The position numbers were made by a program, and so were the translations under genes. A stretch of 64,000 nucleotides of DNA from Leptogorgia sarmentosa (Eukaryota): the NCBI GenBank assembly GCA_964658305.1, contig OZ210885.1, positions 8,618,001-8,682,000 of the forward strand, written 5' to 3'. This document shows, piece after piece, positions 23,201-38,200 of the stretch. Each line of letters begins with the position of its first letter. The stretch's first letter is position 1. Below the pieces are notes generated by a model. The model made no database searches. It was not told where the DNA came from and worked only from the letters and a program-made list of their open reading frames with translations.

Positions 23201-26200
23201 AAACTGGATTTTGCGTTTTTTCCTGCGTGATTACCGATTAATTTATGCATAATTGGATATTTGCATTAATTACCAATGCAAATTGCAAGCTAATTCCCAA
23301 AGGTACGTAATTACGCGAAGAAATTGCGGAAAATCCAGTTTTCGGGCATCGCACGTTCGTCTCAGCGTGCACCAAATTTCTCAAAACTTGAATAACTTAT
23401 GAAACTTGTTCGATAGATTTAGGCTGTCAAATCAAATTGCATTTTCCGGCTCACATTTTTTCGCGCAAGCCATTTTTACTACGGCTTTTTATAACACTTT
23501 TCGTAGTCGTAAAATGGTCGTTTTCTGCAAACTTTTAGTGTAGGATGTATCCGAAGGGCTCAAACTACTTAGATATACCAATGGTTTGCAATGGGGTGCG
23601 TGCGCTTCGGCCTAAAAGACACTTTTCGCGAGTAAACTTTTTTTTGATACACCCTGTATAATGTAATTATATGTGAATTCTAGGTAACATATCAATTTTT
23701 ATTGAACTTGTGACAAAGGTGTGAGTTTTAGAATGCTTTCCGGACAGAAATCCATTTTGCTAAATTCACTCAATCATATCTTTTGTTATTCTGTATTAAA
23801 CTAGTTGAAATTTTGTAATTATGTTTGGTTATGAGAACTTTTGCCCTGACAAAAACATGGAAATGAAATATAATATATTATGCGAGATTTCAATCGAAAA
23901 ATGGATTTGAATTTGACAACTAGTCTCAGTCTTTTTCCGTGTATTGGGGTCATCTTGATGTTGACAATATCAGTAATTAATGTATTCATGAATATAAACT
24001 CCACATAGAAATCTCAGACAGACTTGTATGGATGGGAAACGTATATTGCGCCAACTGGGGAATTTCAATATCAGCTTGAGGCTGGGTATATTTTGCATAC
24101 TGTACAACACTGAGCACTATTTACGTTCTTTACTTTTTTACGCTCACAGCGATGTAAGCCTAACCCTAACACAAAAGATTGCGATTATTACAAAAATACG
24201 ATATAGTGATAAAACTACATGACCATATGAAACCATGATACAGAAAATCAAGATATTTTGAAACTTGATTCAATGATTTTTAACGGAAAATACATTTCAT
24301 ACTGATACCAAAAGGCACACAGTATAAGAGTGAGATATTTTCCATTTCTTCATTTGGGAAGATATCGATCACGTGATCCTTTCCCGGCAATAAATTTGAG
24401 ATTTTAAAATGGCGACGTTTGTGCAAGAGCCGCGAACCAATCTTCATGGAAGTTTAATAAAAAAAGGAACATGCTTTTGACGAAAAAATGAAAATACTCG
24501 CAGAAAATAGTAAAATGATGCACAGGTTATCTTTAAATTTCGATATGATGTAATTAGCTAAAATTTTTAATTTTCAAATAATCAGGTTTACTGACTGGGG
24601 GTTATTAATATTTGCGACTGTATAATAAAGAATCGTAAAATATCGTTTTCGCCAGTCGAATATCAAATTCATGTATTGCATCGCTGTGCAATATCAAGCA
24701 TATCCAGGACAAAGTTAAAACATTTACCTTATGAAATCTGTTTTACTCCGCAGCTATTAAGCCAGATCTTAACCCCATTCTATTTTTCTATTGCCGATAA
24801 ACCTCAGTCCTATTGCATGAAATCTAATTTCAAGTCAAAAGCATACGCGAATCTCGGCTTTAATTTTATTCATTCACGATCGTTCCACATTTGACATAGG
24901 TATTGGACGGGTTTTTGTGCACGGATGTCATCAGCAGATGATTAATATAAATTTGTAATATAAAAAGTTATTTGCTACATTAAACTCCGGTCTTTGCTCT
25001 GTCATTACACGTAGCTACACACATGAATATATAACTTGCAAAAATTTAGACCTTACTTTCAAACTGAAATAAAGCGCGCCATAACAACGATCATGTAGCT
25101 ATTAGGGGTTCAAATTCTATACACTTTTTTGCAAATTAGAATAATCAGCAGTACATGCAGTAGAATCTTGCTATCTCGAACTCTCAATTGGGCAAGTGTT
25201 AGATGATAATTAGTTACAATACGAAGTATAGCATGTATCGTAAGGATGAGCGCGGGCTCAGAGAGAAAGACAAGAAGTGTGCACATGGCGGTTAAGAATA
25301 TTGTATTCGGGCGAGATTTTCCCCGTGTAAACTTTAGAAGAAAATAAAGTGTTTGAACCAGTCCGGCTTGTTAGTGAGGGATATTGCACTAACTAGAACC
25401 CGTGCAACACAACGAAAATTTGTTCGAGATAGCGGGAGTTCAACATAGCGAGGGTTGATATAAATGAAGTATGAGCTTCAGTTCGAGATAATGCGAGATT
25501 CGAGATAACCGAGTTATAGAGATAGCGGAATTCTCATGCATATAGCTACAAGCTTTATACAAAACCAGATTTGTCAATCTCTTACCTTAGGAGTTTTTCG
25601 GGCGCGGTCCCCAGTTATAGGCTTGTCAGTGATGTAAAACATTAACCATGTATAGCGGAATTTTTGAGCCTGGAATTTTAACTGCCTTTAAGTTTAACAA
25701 GCACGAATTTTCATGTCTGTGACATTGTGAGACATGGACATCATGTTATTATTACAGCTTGCATGGACATGGCCTGGTTATTATTATTGCGTTTTGACGT
25801 TTTGAGTTGCAGCTGATAATTTACAAGGGTGTAAGTGCATTATTTTCAGAATTTCCATCCATGCAGTCGATGCAGACAGCCGTTGAACAAAGACGTCAAC
25901 GGGTAGTACCCAATATTTCTCAATTGAGAACACGGGTAATGCCCACGCTGGACTATCGCCTGAGATTGCTGGTCGGCGTTTCAGTATTACTCTTGATATA
26001 GTTTTATTAGTGTTATATTTTTCTATATACTAAGAATTCCCTTAATCCCAACCCAAACCCTAGAATCCTAACCCTGACCATTATGGTCGGAAAAATATTG
26101 AGGAAAAAAAAGTTTTCATCACTAACGCTGAAAAAATGTGTGGAACTGGGGCTTGAACTATAGAACTGCAACGCACGCACCGCGTGCCTTACCACTTGAG

Positions 26201-29200
26201 CTAAATCGAGCTCGCTGCTCCCCACTCTTGCCTGGCTAAATGCATATGATTATAGATCCGGGCAATTACTGTTCATAATTTACCAGGCCAGGCTACTTAG
26301 ACGATAGTCCAGCGTGGGCATTACCCATGTTCTCAATTGAGAAATATCGGGTACTACCCGTTGAGGTCTTTGTTTAACGGGTGGGATATTAGTCAGTTGT
26401 ATTATCACGGAATAGTGCATGAGCGCTACAGTAGAATCCCGCTGATCTCGAACTCGGTTATCTCGAATCTCGCGTTATCTCGCGAACTTCAGTCAGTTCC
26501 ATTAAACTCATAGTACATTTACATCAACCCTCGCTATGACGAACTCCCGCTATCTCCAACTTTCCACAGTGCACGTGCTCAAAACATCAAAAAGATCAGC
26601 GAAAGAACTAACATGCACACGACTTCAACACCACCATTCACTTGGTTGTGTTCTTCCAGCCAAGGGCTGAACTAGGGGCTTTCTTCCAAATTTGTCTTCC
26701 GATTTCCAAATAATGCTTGGAACAAAGTTAATTCGATCTAGAAGCGCTTCACAATGAGCATGGTATGTGTCATTTTTCATGTACTGCAAGAAATGAAATT
26801 TGAAGTGCAGCTCAACTACAACAAGTATTAAGCCCTAAAAATAACGTTTGACAATCTTGTTCGGTAAAGAGACATCACGAAATTTGAATTGCAGCTCAAC
26901 CTATGCAACAAGTAACACGGCCAAAAATAACGTTTGACAATCTCGTTTGGAAAATGATATACATACCTGGACGCCAGAAGCAATTATGATATCATCCGAG
27001 CAGGGCACGAATTCTAACGCGGTAATGGCATTAGAACAAATGTTGTCATGAGACCATATTAACGTCGGCACGTTTTCTTCAACATTCCAAAGCTTCACAG
27101 ACCCACCGATAGACCCCGATGCAAAGCGAAGAGAACGATCATGACCTCCTAGCTCGCCTCTAACTTGAGAAATAGCATCCTTGTGCGCTGGGAATTTCAA
27201 CTGCGAGTTATTGTTAAGATGAAACAATAACAGTTCTCCGTCATCACAACCAAGCAATGCATAGTTTGAACCAAGAGCAGTAATGCAGTTTACTTTAACT
27301 TCTGGTTGACCCAAATTAATGCTGGCCTCGATATCATTAAAAGTTCTAAGTTCGATTCTGTTTACCTCGTCAACAAAAACGAAACGGACATCATCACTTA
27401 ATAAGCAGACAAAACGTATGGCGACTCCAGATTCGGTCTTTGCGAAGGTTTGAACTATTTTAGAACACTCTATGTCGACCAGTGACAATGTTCCCGAACT
27501 GCTTCCAGACAAAGCAAATTTCCCATTTGATGTGATGTCAATTGCTGTAACTACCGAGTCGTCAGGGTGACCTGCATGAAGGAAGTAAAATTTTTATTTG
27601 AAGTATTCAAGTATGCGACGCTTCAGCGTGATAGCCTGCCAATCATCGAAAAATATCCTTTAGACGACAAGTAATCTTTACAGGTGCAGCAATATAAATT
27701 TTATCCAGGTAGGAAAATGCATCGCTGATATCGAAAACGCAAAAGTCATTCACTTTTGTGAATAAAAGACTAGTATGCTGTAATAAAGGCCGTTTTCCAT
27801 TACAGTCGTTTTGCCCGCGCGGGCGGAGCGAACGATTTTAACTTCGTCAAAAATCCGTCGTGCGTGCACGCCAAGAAAGTTGAATGTAGTTCCACTTCTA
27901 AGCGTCTCCGCGCGTGCAAAATTAGACAGAGAACGCTCGGATTAGACACCCATAGGAAAAGTTGAAACATGTTGGCCGTGCGGGCAAAGCGACTGCAATG
28001 GAAAACTGCCGTAAATCACACCCATTTCATCCGAAATTCAATCACTTTCACCTGATAAATAGTACGTACATTGCACGAACTTTAATTTGAATGGCCATAA
28101 TATGTTTTTTATTGTTCCCAATCATTGCAGTTATACTAATTTTGACACACTTTTACACATTGTAGCGATGGATTTTTGTTTCTTTACTTATTTTCAAATT
28201 TTTGAGATCGCTAGATTTCTCTATTATGTATACGTTTACTCTAGACTAAAAGCTTGCAGTGGGCTGCGAACAGTCTTACACTAAACTCATGGAAAGACAG
28301 TTTAGTAGAACATAATTTCCGTGTCAATTGACAGCTAATCCCCCAAAACGCCAGCTGAGGTTTAAATCTTGAGGTATGTTCGCACAGCGCGACTAGTTAG
28401 GCTCGTTTTAGACGTCTAATTTGCGTCAAATTCAAACAATGAGGGAAGTAATCTCATGAATGAAACGGGCTTCAAGTTTATTTGGAAATCAGCAGATAAA
28501 AGCGGCCGAAAAATGGCCTGAAAAATTGCAATGTGTTGACATCCTTCATATGCCGTGAAGGCACATGGATGGGAAACTTACTGCATGTAGCAAAATACCC
28601 GTTTAGAAAAAGATGAGATCAAAAATAGCAAGTCGAATTTTTGAAATCTCGTAGTTTTGGTATTCTTTCGCTACATGCAACACGAGTAAAAACGGATACA
28701 GGTTTGTAGATACTCGTGACGAAACCGTTTTAATTGTATTCTCCGTAATCGTTTAATACATAATCAGAACGGAAAATAGCCTGTGAAGCTAGCCAAGACA
28801 ATTTCAGAGCTAACACGTAAATCAAATTCAATATTTGACTCATTCGCGAGTGAATGCAGTGGTTTTTCGGGAAAAATATATTCTCATTTAAAACGGATAT
28901 TTCACTCATATAAATTATTGTGTGTATGAATATAGTAAAAAATCCTGTTGTCGCATCAAAGACTTAAAAGTATTTAGAATTTTCAAATAGTCCTTGATTT
29001 ACCCACCTGCATTATGGCCGATCGAACTCCAAGTTGAAAGTTTCCGGTGGAGAAACACATTATTCTGAAGCAAGCCAAACAAAAGATCTTTGCCGTCGGG
29101 TGATATTACAAGTGGGACCCTCGGACGTACAGTCGATACTTGCAAAGAGTCGAGATTGATTTCACAAATATGCATATCAGGGCTGCATGTGTAAATCATG

Positions 29201-32200
29201 TTGCGATCGCATGCTATTTCCACTGTATAGTACACGGGTAAAATGACTTCTTTCAAAGACGCATCAGGATTTTGCCAGTCCCAGATGAACACATGGTTAT
29301 CTTTGCATCCAATTATAACATGCAACCCATCAGAACTAAAGCGAACAATCTCAGGTTTGCCATCGCTATCAATTCCACTGATCACACTGCCATCAGACAA
29401 ATTCCACACCTTAAAAAATAAAAGGAAAAATTAATGTTCTGTATGAAGCTTAAAACTTGTGATATAATGATTTATCATAACTAATTGTGAATATAATAAC
29501 TAACAAGCAAAGTAAGTTTCGTTACTTATATTATGCGTGCTACTCAAAGCGATTACTGGAAGCCAGTTTTTAAAGATGTAGAAAGAGCATAAAAAGTTAG
29601 TTAATACGTTCCAAATTAGTTTTTGCGTTTTATTTTCGAAAATATACGTACACTTGAGGAATAATATGACTGAACAAAGCTTCTGTAATGCATAAATAAA
29701 CCAATGGCGTCCATATTGGCCTGAATAAATTTCCTCCAAAAATAGCGTCTTTTTCCTTTTAAATTTGGCCGTGAATTAATGAGGTCACACGAAGATGGAG
29801 GCCGTGTGATTCATGATAAAGCTTTTAAACGTTCTAGAAACCACTAGAAAAGTTATGACAAGCTCTGTGCATGTCTTAAACTGTAAAAGCCATTTTCTTT
29901 ATAATCCGACCATGCATGTTGTGATACCATTTACGGAAATTGCGATCGATTTCACTCATTTTAGTATTTCATCTCATTACGGAACTTCAAAATTATTGAC
30001 TGAATTGAACAGGATGATAAATTCAGTACTTCGAGATCAGTGGGTTAAAGGGCTCGAACAGCAAGTTTTGCCATTTCATGAAAAGAAGTCGCGCGAAAGT
30101 CCCAGAAAGCCATCTTAATGAACAGCATTTACAGTTGTACTGCTTTGTATTACGAGCGACGATTATTGAGATATTTAATTTACAACTTTTTTTATAAAGT
30201 TGTCTTGTTTCAACGCATAACTTGAATAGCAATGGATCGAGTTTATGGTAAAATGAAAGGGACATCGTCGAACATGTTTTCGGGCATTTTCAGGGCTGAT
30301 TTTGTTCAATTGGTATAATCATGCATCATGTGGAAAAAAACTTAATATCAGTTCAAAACTGTATCAAAAATTTTTTTTTCCTATGTTGCCAAAGACAACT
30401 AATTCACGACTTAATTTACTTCAGGTGAGTGGGGGGGGGGGGGGGGGCTCCAGAGATCTCATCTTACGGCGGGCCTGCTTTAATTCTAAGATTCAGTACC
30501 AACTGCGACGTTAGGAATTAGGCTTGGAGTAGGGAATAAGAAATATAATTTCCATCACTCGAACACTTTTCCAGTGACATAATCTTGGTAATGATTTTGT
30601 TCAATTTGTGTCTTCAAATTTTATGTATGCATTTAACAGTTTAAGTGCATGTATACAACCGCGTGAATAAAGCTACTGCAGAAAGTTTGACTGGTTTGCT
30701 TGAGTTCAGGAGTCTATTGCAATTTTCGTTATACGAATAATGAAACGGCCATGCAAATTATGGAAAATTCAGAAAGGGTCATTTACTTGTTTGCAAATAT
30801 TTCAAGTTTCAACCGTTGTAAAAATGCTCGGAAAGCTATAAAATCGCAGATACGGAGCAGGCAATTGATAAAAAGCAGGCAATTGATAAAAAGCAGGCAA
30901 TTTCAAAATATTTAAGTTTTATTCTCGTCAGAGTTTTAACGGGTTGTTTTTGGAAATTCAACAAAGAGCAACTGTCTTGCTCACTACCTAAACGATAGAA
31001 ACAGATTTAACGTTTCGATGTAACGTCCTTCCTCGGGAATTCGTGTGTTCACTAATGTCGTTATTCAGTGGATGGCGCAATCTTACATGTGAACAACCAT
31101 CTCGTTACAGGAAATTATATAATAAGAAATTATAAATTGTTACAGCATGAGACCTCCTCCATTACACGAGCGGGGAGTTGAAATTTGATTTCTTTCACCA
31201 GTTGACAGGTATTACTATTTATGCATGCGTTGCTCACAATGAATTTTTCCACGATTCTTGCCCCATCTAGTCATCGATATATAATATACAGGATTATCTC
31301 GAGGGTCATATTATAATTGGACTATATCAAACGTCAATTATACATAACTATAGATACCGATCTTGAACAATATATATTTTGTGTCCCATCACAAATAAGT
31401 AAACTCGTACATGACAGAACTTCAACATTCAGTAAGTTGTTGCTGGGTTTCCCAGCAAGACAAAATAGATAGTAAGTATTTTTCCCGTATAGATGACAAA
31501 TTTGGTGGAGATTTTAGTAATGGGGATATTTTACGATCGGGTTAATCTGGTTCCAGATTTTCTAACTACAATAAAAATAAAAGTTGTATTTATAGTACTC
31601 AGTTGTGTTGGTAGTGACTTTATTAACAGGCAGCAAAGTGTCTACGCACTACCTGAATAATATAAACAGATTTTACGTTTCGAGCAAAGGCCCTTCGCTG
31701 GGATCGAATATTGTGTTAACCCAATTCCTGACGAGGGCCCTTTCGCTGGAAACGTCAAATCCGTTTGTATCCCTTATAGGTATTGAGTAGACCTTTATAT
31801 TCATACTTCAATTATTATCCATCATGGGTTATGTGTACGTTGACCTAAAACGGTCATATAGGTCTGAATGAAGTTGATGTATAGTTTATCTTAAATCTTG
31901 CATGAGAATCCATTCCATAACACATGGTAAATTAGTAACTTACTGAATCTGTCGAAATTTAAAGCTGTTTATGAAAGTCAATGCTTCAATGCTCGTATCC
32001 ATATACTGATATACAACTTTCCTACAACTGTCATTCTTATGTTTTCTTATTTGTATTATATATAAATGTATCTTTCTTTCTGTTCCGGTTTAAGATATGT
32101 CAGTACGTAGTCCTGGAATGCATTAAATGTGAAGTTACAGGTTTCAAAACAAAGCGCAAAACGCGGATGTCGGGCAGTTTAAGGCAGAGTTTCCCGTCCA

Positions 32201-35200
32201 TGCCTTGGATTTTCAGGATCTGATACGAACCTTCTTTAATTTTAACAAGAAATCTGATATAGCATCAGAAAATCAAAGTTATAGTTTATGCCAATCAACC
32301 GAAATCTGCGTGTTACATATACTGACAGCTGCACGCTGATGATTTCCTCTGTGTTTTCTTCATGAATGATTAATGCTTTCACAAGTATATGTACCCATGT
32401 TTTGTAAAAATTGTATACATTCCTAATAATAAATACGCCGAGTCGAAACGTGGGACAAACAATTGAAAAAAATTCTTGTGTTTGGACGTTTCTATTGTTT
32501 TGTATTTCTATATGGACAGTATGGCTAGTAGCCTTGTGTACCATACCTTTATCGAGGACTTCGTTGAGCCATTCCGTGCATCCTTTGACAGCGACACGAC
32601 ATAGCGATCATCAGCAGAGACTGCAACATGTTTTGCCCATTCAAGGTCACCTATTGATCAGGAAGGAAAAATAATCAATTCACAAATTGAAGCAAACATT
32701 AAAAGGATATTTTCTGTAACAGTCACAAATAGGTGCGTGATCATGTTGGACGCGTTATTAAAATTAATGTAAAAATCTTTGCTATTTAAGGATTCATATA
32801 CAATGAAAAGAAAAATCTTGAGTAGTGGATTAAATACTGTATCTAATATAACTTGATACTTTAACAAGCAGCAAAAGTTCTACTCACCAACTGAACGATA
32901 GGCAGTGAATTTGTTTTCTAACGTTTAGGTAGCAAGTAGAACTTTTGTTGCTTGTTGATGTTATTATATCCGGAACCTACACAGCAGTTGTCTACCAGCA
33001 TTCGATATTGCCATTTTTTTATCATAGAAGATATTTTCATCATCACAAATGGAGATGTATTTTTCACTTGTAAAAAAATGCACACATTGAGCTATCGCAA
33101 GCACCTCCATTCATATGAGGTTGCATTGATAAATAACTTTGTAGCAATAAATTACGATGAACTACTAGACTACCATCCTTTAGATATTTATAATGTAAGA
33201 ACTGGTGGAATTGTGAGAAAGTACATTAGAATGCGATACGATTTAGCGGATTGTGAAAAGTCAAGATGCAAATATATATTGTAATGTAATATATAATATT
33301 ATTATATACCAATCGTGAAAGTTTCTCTTTTCTTGTGTTTCATTGGTCGAGAGCGTATCACGTGAGAGTGTTGAAATTAGAGAATGTCTCGCATCAGCAA
33401 GAGAGAAAAGAACTCGATCGTGCAGTATCCTCCAGTACGGTCGAACAAACTCAGTCAATAAGCTATTTATTATATGGCAAAAGATGAACAAAACTCGTTT
33501 AATTACAACAATTCAACACTATGAACAAAACCGGTAAACGGCTAATTAATATAAGAACAGCTGAAGAAGTTCGCTAAAAATTGTTCTCTAAAATGTTATT
33601 GGCTACCAAAAAAAGGACAAAATGTTGAAACAAAAAAAGAACAGAATGTTCAAACATGTTTTTAACTTCTTTCGTCTTCGTTGTCGCTTGATTCAATAAA
33701 CAACCGACGTCGCTAAACGTGAGCGGTCCGTACTGCAGGTTACCGACCGCTCAGGAACCAATCAGGATGCTGTATTTTAGCAAACGGACCGCTCAGAACA
33801 CTTGCCATTATAATAAAATACGTTATTCACCGGTGAACAACAAAAAAAATCACGTGCGCCATCACGTGAAGACGCGACCTTTGGACGACCTGCTAATGCT
33901 TTAATTTAATTTAACATTTTAAGAATAAAATATTTCGTGCATTTTTGTTCACTTGTTCCGCTTTATTTTGTCGTTTCTTTGACGATTGGTGTATAATAAA
34001 GCACTTATTGACTGGGCCTTCGGGAAACCAGTGTGTTTTGTGGACCCTCGACCGTCGATGTTTCCCTCGGCTTCGCCTCGGGAAACATCGACGGTCTCGG
34101 GTCCACAAAACACACTGTTTCCCTTGGGCCCAGTCAATAAGTGTTAATTGTTCCCACATGCTGGACCATTTGTCAATATTTTAAATATATATAAGTTTCA
34201 TAAAAAAATCTGGTTTGTATTTATTACCGATAATAGGAGGGATTTCCAAAGAAATTAACCAATGCAAAACACGATATAGGAATATTCGCGCCCTCTCACC
34301 CATTTAGCCACACCAAAATTGTGCAAATTTACACTTATTTAGTGTTCGCTGAACACTTCGGCATTTAGAGTGTGGTCGCATATTGAACCTTATTCTAATG
34401 GACTAGACCATAAACTATCAAAAGAATGGACTGGAAACGCACGCTGAAACTGCACAACAACCGCGTGATACGCTTTATGTGGAACCCTGTAACTTCACAT
34501 AATAATCACATTAAATCCATTCAAAGACTTCGTATTGACATATTTCATACCAGAAGAGAAATGAGTGTGCAACTATCCACTGTTCAAGGCAAAAAATCAT
34601 CGTTGCAATAAGTGGTGAGAAATTTTATATCTTGATATTTTGCTTGCGTTTAGTTTGTCATTGTTGCCTTTCAGTATCAAATATTTCGTATCTCTACACT
34701 CTTTTTTATACTCCTGTAATAAACAAATTACTTCCCAGTTGCTCGTTTGTACCGTTATATACTCGCTGTGATCGCTAAGCTCACGATCGTATAAGCTAAG
34801 ATCGTATTTAGCGATCCATCACAATTGGTAAATAAAAATTGTATGCACTCGCCAACCGTGAAGTAGCCAATCTCTATGTATTGTCTTTCCATCTTAGACA
34901 GTCGCCAAATCTCATAAAACATTTCCCTTTCGTCAATGATGCTAAATAGAGATGTCTACCGTACGATTCGCAAATAATAAAATTCGAACAAACGAGTCAA
35001 CTGCGCATGAAGTAATTTGTTTATTATACATATGAATACAAGGAATAGTGTAGAGATATGGAATATTTGATACACACAGACGACAATGACAGACAAAACA
35101 CGAGCGAAACATCAAAATATAAAATATCTTAGCTTACTGTATTGTTTTGTTTTCAAGGAGGTTTATATCGTCATTCTGCATGAAACTAGTTGAAATTTTG

Positions 35201-38200
35201 TAATTACGATTGGTTATAAGAATACCAAAGGAATTCTTTTCTTTACATGCAATTATCTTAGGAAATACAAATCAAAAGGCAATTAACGTAGGCCTAATTA
35301 ATCTACGAAAGCCTGCTATCCATTCAACTGTAGTTAACCACCGGTTTTCTGTCTTCATATCAGTGCAGAGCGTTGCGCAGACAAGAACGTTTCTCATTAA
35401 CTATTCCGATTTGCTTATTATACACGAGTTCTACAAGATTTGAATTTCTAGGTAAATTTGTTCTACGTAAAAATAGTAGTTTTTGAACATGGTACAGTAC
35501 TTGAAGCACAAAAATTAACAAGGTTGAGGCTAGGTTCATATGAATTTAGTAAAATGAAAATGAATTTAGTGAAATGAAATGAAAATGAAATCGTCCGCAA
35601 CCTATTTATAAGAAAGCTGGCCCAAATAGACAATTTGAACTATACCTGTGACAGAAAAGCACTGTGTGTGAAGATTCCAAACTTTGAAAGTACCATCTTC
35701 AAATGTGGAAACATATCTAGACTCATCATCACATATTATAATATCTGTGACGTCATTTGAATGATCAGAGAAACTGTTTCGTTCCATGTACGCAGCAGTT
35801 CCCAGGTTCCAAACCCTGATACTTCCATCCCATGACGCCGTCAATACCTTCTTTTCTTTGGGAATTATTGCAACGACGCTGAAATATTACAAGTTGATTG
35901 TTTATTTCTAATAATAATTTTTTCTACCGAAAAAAGGCAAAGACGATCTCTGTCAGATTATTGATTCTTTAAGAAACCAATGTTATAAAAATATGCTGTA
36001 TAATTTATTCATGAATGATCAGGGAAATATGTCGTATTCATCAAATGTTAGTGCAAATAATAAAAACTACATCTATATATGGGCACTTTATTTTTTCCAA
36101 AAATCTTTCTTTAAGAAGTCTTTCTTTATTTTATGCAAAAATCTTTCTTTCATTAAGAAGATAGATAGATAGAAAAACCTCTATTTACACACGGTAGTCC
36201 CGTCAGTAACAAAAATTGCTGTTATCAATGGGAGCCCTATAGACATTATGGTGGAGTTCAGTACTGTTTAGATAATAAACGAAAGCAACATTACAAGATA
36301 GAGTAATGATAGATGTACAACAGGTAAAATTATGTTGCATTGGATGTCATACGCTTCAGACTAAATTTTAGTCTAAGCAAGATGAACAAAATCTTTCACG
36401 AATTAGTAATTCTGCAAAATTCAATCGCTAAAGGTTGCAAAGTACGGAAAAATACAGTCCTTTGAAGTTGACAAATTTGTATACTTTTTGTATTTGCGCG
36501 AATTTTATATAGTAGCTAATTTAATTATAATTTTCAGCGCCCGTGATACAAATGGATACCAATCTGCAACTTCGCACGGCTATATTTTCCGTATTTAGCA
36601 TTTTCCGCATTCAACACCCAGGAAGCGGGCGAGTGGGCCGGGCAGGCTACTGCACCCCGTCCCATCCCCTCCAATAACTTGCCAGAATTCTGGTAACGAT
36701 CTTTTTGGAAAATGAGAAACTTCGACAAGATTTAATAGGTCTCTCCCCAAACCCGCCTAGAGCGTAATCACTAATATGCATTTTCAAGCGCATAATCGTG
36801 AGTTCTTTTCGATGGGCCTTGTATTATCCAACATTTCACAACCAAACATTTAGTTTTTCTAATTTTGATAACGTCACAAAATGTCCTTCGTTTATCCCTC
36901 ATTAAAATCTTTCTAAAGCGCAAGTCGTCCATTGGAAATAAGCTTAAAGTATGTAGCACGACTATAACCAGGAGCCAATTAGTATAATGGTGTAATAAAT
37001 AGAAATTCTTATATGACTGAAAATTAATTTCATGGAGTTCATGCTCGCTATCTTTTCAAGTAATCAAAAACCGATTTAAAGAAGCAGTGCGTCTTAGTCT
37101 GACTGGAAAATATTGTGTTAAATGTATACAATGGATAAGACAGAATATGGGGCGCCTTAAGCTTAATGTTATATATATTGGGTCTTCGTTGTTGCCTTGC
37201 CATATAACGATGCTTTCGAGAAAATAGCGGTAAATTAGATAGTTCCTGGAGTGAACCCACCTGATGTAATTGGTATGACCTTCATAACAGGAAAGGGACT
37301 TTCCAGTGTGGAAACACCACAACCTCACACTTCCTTCCTCGTCTCCAGAGATAATATACTTTTTATCACCGCTCACAGCAATACTGGTAACGGGACCTTG
37401 AAGAACGTCAACGGTACGAATTTGCTGGAACGTTTTTAAATCCCAAATTTTTATTGTTCCATCGCCTGAACCAGACACAAGCATTGGATTGTTTTTTCCT
37501 GAATCTAAAAGAGAAACTTCGCACTTTAATCGAACTGGCACAAAAAAAAATTGGGAAAGCAAAGTACATGATATCCTCAATATGTTCAATAACTCAATCG
37601 TTGACAGGAGAGATTTTCATATATGCATTCTGCATGTCCAGGCAATGGATTTTGCAGTAGTCCATATACAGAAAGTTGATTTTGTTAATACCGTTAGGAT
37701 ATTGAAGAGAAATTTACGCAAAAAAGAAATTCCAATGTGTCAGGATAAGCTTGAAATACTCAAAATATGGCCGAACCGTCTGGCACGTACAATAGTCATG
37801 ATCACGAATGAATTGTGCAAAGTAACATCATTCTTCCAGTTAGTTTTGTATATGTTAAAGCTCATTACCTCCGCGAGGAGGTTATGTAATCATCTTGGTT
37901 TGTTTGTGTGTGTGTGTGTGTTGGTCTGTGAACACGATAACTTGAGAAATATCGAACATCTTGCACAATTGTTTGGCATTGCACAAGGAACAGATGATTT
38001 TGGTTCAATTTGGCTGAGAATCAAGTAAAACATTTATGAAAAAAACTTTCTTTGCTTTATTTTTTAAATATGAATGCCTAATGAAGTTAATTGATATTCT
38101 GGATGTGTTGTGTGAATTAGTTTATTTACGGTACCAAATTTGGGTGAAAATTTACTAAGCCCCCACCATCTACTTAGTCCCCTCTTCAGATAACCGCGCA

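Noticed and set aside
26625..26627. Selenocysteine readthrough of the in-frame TGA
   Set aside because: No SECIS-like element recognised downstream and no selenoprotein context; exon status itself is unproven.
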